Source of the DNA: Octopus sinensis
Taxonomy: Eukaryota
Reading direction: 5' to 3'
Length of the DNA: 17,187 bases
Assembly (NCBI RefSeq): GCF_006345805.1
Contig: NW_021824866.1
Coordinates: forward strand, 1-17,187
How positions within the stretch are numbered: position 1 is the stretch's first letter; each line of letters begins with the position of its first letter. A model generated the notes under the pieces. It was not told the DNA's origin and searched no databases. It saw only the letters and a program-made list of their open reading frames with translations. Both the position numbers and the translations under genes were made by a program. Of this stretch, positions 9,201-17,187 are shown in pieces.

Positions 9201-9270
9201 TCGAGGCGGCACTGGCAACGGTCACGCTCGGATAGTTCTTTTATGTGCCACCAGCACTGGTATCACAAGA
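9198..9270 (-). mobile_element. Inverted RTE 3'UTR fragment
   Basis: Reverse complement gctggtggcacataaaagaactatccgagcgtgaccgttgccagtgccgcctcgactg matches the RTE 3'UTR modules. Confidence 0.7.
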
Positions 9271-9494
9271 AACTGTGTAACCTGCCAGAGATTTCCTCTT
9301 TTGATATCTTTTCCTTATTTTAAGACAGCAGGATGTGTTTTGAAGGTGACTTAGCTGCTGCTCCTAGCAACCATATAGACACATTTTCATTGGCTTTTAA
9401 TGACATAGAAATGTAATGTGTTGCTGGGTAGTTTGATATATTGCTGTGTTTGAAGTGGTTCAATTGTTTTCATGTGGGTATTTATACCTGAGTT

Positions 9495-9643
9495 CAACAT
9501 TTCCCAGCCTTGTGTTCTCAGATCCATGAGGGTGTACAAAAGTAGTGTTAAAAGTCCATTGACTGAGTTCAAGCCTGGGGACCTGCAGGAAAATTCATCT
9601 GAATAACAAAGGTATCTGGTAGTAAAAAGGTTGGGAACCACTG
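9495..9643. mobile_element. Old hAT-like MITE
   Basis: Right end aaaaaggttgggaaccactg is CAGTGGTTCCCAACC-type on the minus strand. Left end caacatttcccagcctt is decayed. The 8-bp flanks cctgagtt and ccttactg match at 5 of 8. Confidence 0.5.
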
Positions 9644-9708
9644 CCTTACTGTAATATTTTTTAGTATCTTCTGTTATTACCATTGTGTGTATATATATAT
9701 ATATATAT

Positions 9709-9918
9709 TGTTAATCCAAACATGAACAAAGAGAAAGCACAACAACGCGAGGACGTGGAACAAGTATAGTGTTATTGGATGCTCAGGAAAGGGAAGAAAG
9801 AAGGAGGATTTAATGTTTTGAGCGGAGCTCTTCATCAGAAACCTAGAAAAAGGAAAGGCCCAAGGAAGGGAAGACGGAGAAAGAAAATTGCCAACGATAC
9901 ACACACGGTCACATATTG
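9709..9918 (-). mobile_element. Short TA-flanked element carrying a decayed hammerhead
   Basis: About 210 bp between two TA runs, with an HHR fold at 9807-9843. Confidence 0.55.
9807..9843 (-). ncRNA. Decayed minimal hammerhead-like motif
   Basis: ggttt-CTGATGA-a-gagc tcc gctc-aAAA-caTT-aaatc. Two G-to-A changes at former CpG sites, including G12. Confidence 0.5.
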
Positions 9919-9940
9919 ATATATATATATATATACATAC

Positions 9941-10817
9941 TGTTACGACCTGGTGGCCATAACCCAAATTCACAGAATCAATGGGGATAGGGTGAATTTA
10001 AAACACAACACAACACCATGAATATTCATGTAGAATATTATTAATAGTCAGCACAAAAACAGCTTACATATAAACAAATATATACATAAACAAACAGCAA
10101 AAGCTACACCAGATGTGCAGTCAAAAGTTACAAGGCTAACAGATATACTCAAGTTTGGACTTCATAATACCAGTTTTTGGTTTCTCAAAAATAGCATTCC
10201 AAAAATTTTGGATTTCATAAAATCCAAATTTCTATTTTTGTATAAATTCGGTTTTCAAACCTTGGATTTCGAGAGTGGATTTCAAACCTTTACTTCATAA
10301 AATCTGTCTATCAATTTGGTGTTCAACCTTGGGTTTTGAACCTTGGATATCAGACCTTGGAATGTAGAAACCTTGTTCATTGTTCAAACTTGGGTTTGAG
10401 AAACCAAAAACCAGGACATAATTAAACGTAATTAAATCCAATGTCAAAGCAAAAATTTAAACTAAAAGTTCATGACACAAAATGGCTACCAGACTATATC
10501 AATAATTATAATTAAAAAATTAAATAGTCAAACAAAAAGCTAGTTTGCTTTAAATTCAGGCAAAATTGCTTCATACAAGCATGCTGAGTAACCATTAGAC
10601 AAAATTTACAGCTAGTTGTCTAATACAAAAATTTGGCTACATGAAAAAATTTAAATACATACACCATTTAGTTATTTATAGAAATGTTAACATTTGTCTT
10701 AACAGAAAATAGCTAGCAAAATTACTACACAACCTTCCACAAATGCAGGGTTCAAAATTCACATAACTATTACAACATAAGTTAAGAGATTTTTTTTTTA
10801 CTCACCCAGATGTGACA
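9941..10817 (-). mobile_element. Candidate solo LTR
   Basis: Minus strand begins TGTCACA and ends GGTCGTAACA, is about 877 bp and non-coding. TSD is poor (catac vs cagaa). Confidence 0.4.
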
Positions 10818-10878
10818 CAGAATTTATTTTAAATTTGACGAAAATTCTGGCGAATTCCTGGAACATAGAATAATATAT

Positions 10879-13173
10879 ATCAGGACTAAGAGGGCGACTA
10901 GAAGACGACCAACATGGAGAAGAAGGGTCTGGAAGCTTGAAGCCCCTGCGAATGGACAGAGATTTAGAGATATGTTACTTGAAGCCTTTGACGAAGTGGA
11001 AGGGGGTATAGCTACACATGGGGTAGAAGACAACTGGACGTTTCTGAGGGACAACCTGCTGAAAGCCGCTGACCAGATCTGTGGCTGGTGCAAAGTCCCC
11101 TTAAGACCCAAAATAACGTGGTGGTGGAACAATATTGTTGACAGGGCTATTAGACAAAAGAAACAGGCTTGGAAGGCCTGGAAGAACGGTGGTAGCAGGG
11201 AAGGTATCAGACTGCCAGAAGGGAAGCTAGGAGACAGGTCTATCTAGCCAGAGGGGAAGCAGATAAGAGAAAAATTGCAATGTCCTGCGCCGTGAGGATG
11301 AAGACTTGAGGTATTTCGTGTTGCAAGACAGTGTGTGAGAGAGAATCGTGATGTGGTAGGAGAGAAATGTGTTCGCATGGAGGATGGTTCACTTGCGCTA
11401 AATGAGGATGCAAAGAGAGAAGCTTGGAGACGCCACTATGAAAGGTTACTGAATGAGGAAAATGAATGGGATAAAGAGAGTCTGCCGAATGTTGACCCTA
11501 CAGAGGGACCAGCTATCCGAGTTGATAGTTCCGTGGTAGCTAAGGCAATTAGAAGCATGAAGACAGGGAAAGCCCCAGGCCCATCAGGAATTACTGCAGA
11601 GATGCTCAAAATATCTGGCAGTGTCGGCTATAACCTAGTCCCCCGTATAGTCAACCAGGTGATACACGAAGGAGTCATACCCAATGACTGGTGCAGCCAT
11701 ACTAGTCAACTGCTACAAAGGTAAAGGTGATGCCCTAGATACAAATAATTACAGAGGTATCAAGCTGTTGGATCAAGTAATGAAGGTTACGGAGAGGGTC
11801 ATAGCCCAACTAATCAGAGAGAGAGTTAGTTTAGATGAGATGCAGTTTGGGTTCGTGCCAGGAAAAAGTACCACTGATGCTATATTCCTGGTAAGGCAGC
11901 TGCAGGAGAAATACCTAGCCAAAGATAAGCCCCTGTACCTGGCTTTCGTTGACATGGAGAAAGCTTTTGATAGGGTCCCCCGATCCCTTATCTGGTGGTC
12001 AATGAGGAAACTAGGGATAGATGAATGGCTGGTGAGGACTGTGCAAGCCATGTACAGAGATGCCGTAAGTAAGGTTAGGGTTGGCAACATGTACACAGAA
12101 GAATTCAAAGTAGAGGTTGGGGTCCACCAGGGTTCAGTACTCAGCCCCCTCCTATTTATCATAGTACTCCAGGCAATTACGGAGGAATTCAAGACAGGCT
12201 GTCCCTGGGAGCTCCTCTACGCTGACGACCTTGCTCTTATTGCTGAGTCACTATCAGAACTGGAGGAGAAGTTCCAGGTGTGGAAGGAGGGTTTAGAATC
12301 AAGGGGCCTTAGAGTCAACCTAGCTAAAACCAAAGTACTAATAAGTAGAAAGGTAGACAATCCACAAATATCTTCAGGAAGATGGCCCTGCTCGATCTGT
12401 AGAAAAGGTGTAGGTAGAAACTCTATAAGAGTACCCAGTGTAAGCTATGGACACATAAGAGGTGCAGCAATGTCAAAGGTAGGCTAACTGGGAAGATAGT
12501 TTTTGTATGTGGCAGATGCTCGGGAGCATTAACCTCCGAAAATCTGCAAAAACAACTTCCGTCACTTTCCAGGGGGAAAAACTAGAAGTAGTTGATAGCT
12601 TCCGTTATCTAGGTGACCAAGTCAGTAGTGGGGGTGGGTGCGCTGAAAGTGTAACTGCTAGAATAAGAATAGCCTGGGCAAAGTTTAGGGAGCTCTTACC
12701 TCTGCTGGTGACTAAAGGCCTCTCGCTCAGAGTAAAAGGCAGACTGTATGATGCGTGTGTACGAACAGCCATGCTACATGGCAGCGAAACATGGGCTGTG
12801 ACTGCTGAGGACATGCGTAAGCTCGTGAGGAATGAAGCCAGTATGCTCCGATGGATGTGTAATGTCAGTGTACATACTCGACAGAGCGTTAGCACTTGAG
12901 AGAAATGTTGTACCTAAGAAGCATCAGTTGTGGTGTGCAAGAGAGAGACGATTGCGCTGGTATGGTCATGTGGCGAGAATGGATGAAGATAGGTGTGTGA
13001 GAAAGTGCCAATCCCTAGCAGTTGAGGGAACCCGTGGAAGAGGTAGACCCAGGAAAACCTGGGACGAGGTGGTGAAGCACGACCTTCGAACTTTAGGCCT
13101 CACTGAGGAAATGACCAGAGACCGAGACCTTTGGAAATATTCTGTACGTGAGAAGACCAGGCAGGACAAGTGA
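10879..13173 (+). pseudogene. RTE ORF copy 2, several frameshifts or stops
   Basis: ORF pieces 10972-11247, 11335-11724, 11684-12487, 12507-12899 and 12832-13173 rebuild the copy-1 protein. Confidence 0.9.
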
Positions 13174-13272
13174 GCCCAGCCCACTTATGAATGCCTTTCC
13201 TCCCTTGGACACAAAGACCGGTTGAGGCAAGCGAAGTCGATATAGAACCTCATCCGACGACAGACACCCATC

Positions 13273-13716
13273 CCAACCCCCCATGCTTGCGAAGACATGT
13301 TGGGGCAAGCGAAATCGAAATCGAAATCGAAACCGAATTGAACCAGCCAGGATCCCTGGCCTGGTGGTACGTAAAAAGCACTATCCGACTCGGGGCCGTG
13401 GCACGTAAAATATTCCAATGCGACCGTACGACAGGCACCCATGCCAACCCCCTTTGCTTGTGAAGACATGTTGGGGCAAGCGAAATCGAAATCGAATTGA
13501 ACCAGCCAGGATCCCTGGTCTGGTGGTACGTAAAAAGCACTATCCGACTCGTGGCCGTGGCACGTAAAATACTCCAATGCGACCGTACGACAGGCACCCT
13601 TGCCAACCCCCTTTGCTTGTGAAGACATGTTGGGGCAAGCGAAATCGAAATCGAATTGAACCAGCCAGGATCCCTGGTCTGGTGGTACGTAAAAAGCACT
13701 ATCCGACTCGTGGCCG
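13273..13716 (+). repeat. Tandem 159-171-bp repeat in the RTE copy 2 3'UTR, with internal (ATCGAA)n
   Basis: gaagacatgttggggcaagc occurs at 13291, 13462 and 13621. Confidence 0.88.
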
Positions 13717-14020
13717 ATGCCAGCACCGCCTCGACTGGCTTCCGTGCCGGTGGCACATAAAATACACCAATCTGACCGTGGCCGTTGCCAGCCCCGCCTG
13801 GCACCTGTGCAGGTGGCACGTAAAAAGCACCCACTACACTCACGGAGTGGTTGGCGTTAGGAAGGGCATCCAGCTGTAGAAACATTGCCAAATTAGACTG
13901 AAGCCTGGTGCAGCCTTCTGGCTTCCCAGAACCCCGGTCGAACCGTCCAACCCATGCTAGCATGGAGAACGGACGTTAAACGACGATGATGATGATGATG
14001 ATATATATATATATATATAT

Positions 14021-15735
14021 ATGGCCCTCATACCAGAACTAGAAAAGGAATTTCGTGTGTGGAAGCTAGGTTTAGAATCAAAAGCCCTTAGAGTCAATGT
14101 AGCAAAGACCAAAGTTCTAGTAAGTAGGAAGGTGAACTCATCACACACACCCTTAGGTAGGTGGCCCAGTTCGATCTGTAGAAAACGTGTAGGTAGAAAC
14201 TCCACAGGATGTACCAGTGTAAGCTATGGACACATAAGAGGTGCAGCAACATCAAAGGAAAATTAACAGAGAAGATAGCTTTCGTGTGCAGCAGATGCAC
14301 AGGGGCAATAGACACCACAGATACTCAGAAAGCAGATTCCGTCACACTCCAGGGGAAGAAACTAGAAGTAGTTGATAGTTTTCGCTACCTAGGTGACCAA
14401 GTCAATAGTGGGGGTGGATGCTCAGAGAGTGTTACCACTAGAATACGAATAGCCTTGGCAAAGTTTAGAAAGCTTCTTCCCTGCTGGTGACAAAGGGTTT
14501 CTTGCTCAGAGTGAAAGGTAGATTGCACGATGCACGTGTGCAAACTGCCATACTTCACGGCAGTGAAACATGGGCCATGGCTGTGAAGGACATGCATAGG
14601 CTCGAAAGAAATGAAGCTAGCATGATCCGATGGATGTGTAATGTCAGTGTGCATGCATGACCGAGTGTAAGCATCCTGAGAGAAATGTTGGACATAAGAA
14701 GCATTGGATGTGGCGTGTAGGAGAGACGTTTGTGTTGGTATGGTCACGTAAGGCGGTGAGCTGGCAGAAACGTTAGCATGCCGGGCGAAATGCGTAGCTG
14801 TATTTCGTCTGCCGTTACGTTCTGAGTTCAAATTCCGCCGAGGTCGACTTTGCCTTTCATCCTTTCGAGGTCGATAAATTAAGTACCAGTTACGCACTGG
14901 GGTCGATATAATCAACTTAATCCGTTTGTCTGTCCTTGTTTGTCCTCTCTGTGTTTAGCCCCTTGTGGGTAGTAAAGAAATAGGTATGGTCATGTACTAC
15001 AGATGGATGAGGAAAGATGTGTGAAGAAGTGCCACTCCCAAACTGTTGAAGGAATCCGGGGTTGAGGTAGACCCAGGAAGATATGGGATGATGTGGTCAA
15101 GCCTGACCTTCGAACGTTGGGCCTCACAGGGGCTATGGCAAAAGACCGAGACCTCTGGAGATATGCTGTGACTGCAAAGACCTGACAAATGAAGTGAGTT
15201 CATGGCTCGCAGGACGGCCTGCTGTGCTAACCTTGGATTGTAGGGCGACCTATTGAGTCAAGTACATCAATTATCAAGATGAAAATCAAATGGATGTTAT
15301 AGTTGTGATACCCGTGGCACGTGGGGCTTCACAGAGGTAATGACGAAAGACCGGAGGAGACTTCTGAGATATGCTGTGACTGAGAAGACCAGACAAATGA
15401 AGTGAATTCGTTGCTCGCAGGATGGCCTGCTGTACTAACCTTGGAGTCGTAGGGTAACCCGCTGTGCTTGAGGAAACCTATTGAGTCAAGTACATCAACA
15501 TCAACATCAAAATAAAAATCAAATGGAAATTATAGTTGTGAAACCCGTGCCGGTTACACGTAAAAAGCACCGACTACACCCGTGGAGTGGTTGGTGTTAG
15601 GAAGGGCAACCAGCTGTAGAAACACTGCCAGATCAGACTGGATCCTGGTGCAGCCTCCTGGCTTCCCAGACCCCGGTCGAACCATCCAACCCATGCTAGC
15701 ATGGAAAACGGACGTTAAACGATGATGATGATGAT
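14021..15735 (+). mobile_element. RTE copy 3, more diverged subfamily, 5'-truncated, interrupted by a SINE
   Basis: Frameshifted RT C-half (KLEVVDSFRYLGDQV), 3'UTR core at 15585-15720 and (GAT)n at 15721-15735. Confidence 0.85.
14751..14982 (+). mobile_element. Full-length tRNA-derived SINE with a 14-bp TSD
   Basis: A-box-like tggcagaaacgt and B-box-like gagttcaaattcc. TSD ggtatggtca(c/t)gta at 14737-14750 and 14983-14996. Confidence 0.9.
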
Positions 15736-15793
15736 TATATATATATATATATATTATTGTGTCTGGGGAGAGTCATTCTCTTTTAGTGCCTTA

Positions 15794-16170
15794 CTAGCAG
15801 TATCGCCCGGCGTTGCTCTGGTTTGTAAGGGAAATAACTATAAAGCATTTTTAGAGAGTTATAGCCAAAAAACAGCAAAAAAATGATGGTAAATTTTTTT
15901 TTGATAGTTAAAAAAGGTGGAGTTGCGTCCCCTACACAGTTCGTGGTTCGTGTTTCTGATTCTCGACCCCATGTCGAATTTATCGATTTTTTCCAGAACT
16001 GGGGGAACTTTTCAAAATTTTCGCTGCGTTAGTTTTGAATTATGACATTGGGCTTTGTGTGTGTGTCAAGTTTCATCAGAATCGGTTGAAAGCCGTGGTC
16101 AGGGTGAGGGTACGAGAAAACAGACACACAGAAACACGCACAGACAAACTGCCGTTTATATAGAGAGAGA
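15794..16170 (-). mobile_element. Non-autonomous Helitron-like element (377 bp)
   Basis: Minus strand reads A|TC...CTAG|T with a decayed GC-rich subterminal hairpin (gcccggcgttgctctgg) and no TSD. Confidence 0.7.
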
Positions 16171-16223
16171 TTACTTAACACACACACACACCGGTTCGAT
16201 TTCCACTCATTTACTTATTTTTT

Positions 16224-16260
16224 CTAAAATTTTCGTTGAGACTTGCAACCTCTTCAGTAG
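16224..16260 (-). ncRNA. Minimal hammerhead-like motif (canonical core, UUU triplet)
   Basis: cta-CTGAAGA-g-gttg caagtct caac-GAAA-a-tTT-tag; stem I is only 3 bp. Confidence 0.4.
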
Positions 16261-16309
16261 TCGTTGATTCTGTCCGTTATTAAAACTGCATTCTTTTTGT
16301 TTGTTTGTG

Positions 16310-16344
16310 CGCATGTGTGTGCGTCAGTGTGCATGTGTATACAC

Positions 16345-16375
<31 letters not shown>

Positions 16376-16621
16376 TGTATGTATGTATGTATGTATGTAT
16401 GTATGTGTGTATGTGTGTGTATGTATGTGTATGCATATATGCGTGTGTGTACGCTTGTATGTATGTATTCTGCTTATTCATGTGTTTGTGTGTTCATGTT
16501 TGCACGTGTGTATTTACGTGTGTACCTCCGTTTCCTTGTATGTGCATGTTTGAGCATGTCTATGTGTATGGGTAAGCGCATCTGTTATGTATGGATGTGT
16601 GCCTCCATATGTGTCCTTGTG

Positions 16622-16690
<69 letters not shown>

Positions 16691-16825
16691 GTGTGCGTGT
16701 GTGTATATGGTCATATGTTTCAGTCTTCATTTGTGTATGTATGTGTATGTGTGCTTGTCTGTCTGTATTACCTATGTACTTATCTATCTATTTATCTATC
16801 TGTTTACTTACTTATCTATTTACCT
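16310..16825. repeat. Compound microsatellite: (TATG)n, (TG)n, (TATC)n-like
   Basis: Direct reading. The overlapping ORFs are low-complexity artefacts. Confidence 0.95.
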
Positions 16826-17187
16826 GGCCAGAAAGATAGGGTTCGGGTATACAGGGTAGCTAAAAAGAAGTTAGACAACATTATAAGTAATGAAACCAGT
16901 GGTACCTGCCCTAGATATAGAAGTAAAGACTAGAATAGGATACAAAGAAGTCGTGACAAAGCAAATGGAGTGAACACGTGGTACAAGACCGACAAATACC
17001 AAGGAGTGATGTCTGTAGAGGTCACAGCCCATGGAGAACTAGCCTGAAGATTTAGGAATATTCTGAAGGAGGCCAAACTCAATATTAAGATCGTTGAAAA
17101 GACAGGCAGCGCCATCAGCTCACAACTATGTAGGACGTACCCCTTTGAGAATACCACATGCACCAATGATAACTGCGTGGTATGTAA
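16826..17187 (+). pseudogene. Thumb/linker fragment of a second PLE family (Naiad-like), running off the window
   Basis: One frame: ...SGTCPRYRSKD*NRIQR...TWYK..KYQGVMSVEVTAHGELA*RFRNIL...IKIVEKTG.AI.SQL....PF...CTNDNCVVC, with stops at 16931 (TAG) and 17045 (TGA). Confidence 0.55.

Larger units (their letters stand above)
10879..14002 (+). mobile_element. RTE-clade LINE copy 2, 5'-truncated in the EN-RT linker, with (GAT)n tail
   Basis: Collinear with copy 1 from 11311 onward. The upstream part encodes VWKL...TWWWN-type linker sequence. AT repeats lie at both ends. Confidence 0.92.

Noticed and set aside
10871-10880. ATATAT as the TSD of RTE copy 2
   Set aside because: It cannot be distinguished from the surrounding TA repeats.
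14762-14836. A/B boxes as a tRNA gene
   Set aside because: No cloverleaf is evident, and the sequence continues into a SINE body bounded by a TSD.
16264-16933. Cys/Val/Tyr-rich ORFs up to 210 aa
   Set aside because: They are translations of (TG)n, (TATG)n and (TATC)n; only the last ~35 codons belong to the PLE-like fragment.
17045-17047. In-frame TGA as selenocysteine
   Set aside because: It falls at a probable Arg position (CGA to TGA), and a TAG stop in the same frame indicates decay.

Overview
Repeat-saturated, non-genic eukaryotic DNA with no host gene. The SINE families, (GAT)n-tailed RTE LINEs and (TA)n runs look like octopus repeats; this is from recognition, not a database search. 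The window holds three 5'-truncated RTE LINE copies (734-3189, 10879-14002, 14021-15735) whose RT carries an embedded C4HC3 PHD-type finger. It also holds a Penelope-like element (PLE: RT plus GIY-YIG, minus strand 5709-8024) with a ~920-bp inverted copy of its 3' part (8025-8946), and a fragment of a second PLE family at the right edge. Smaller elements are tRNA-type SINEs, two MITE-like elements, a non-autonomous Helitron and a candidate solo LTR. Most notable are minimal hammerhead-ribozyme (HHR) folds in four unrelated termini, each about 85-135 nt upstream of a (TA)n run. Two of these families carry a U3-A8 core instead of C3-G8. All structures were read by eye and none were computed.
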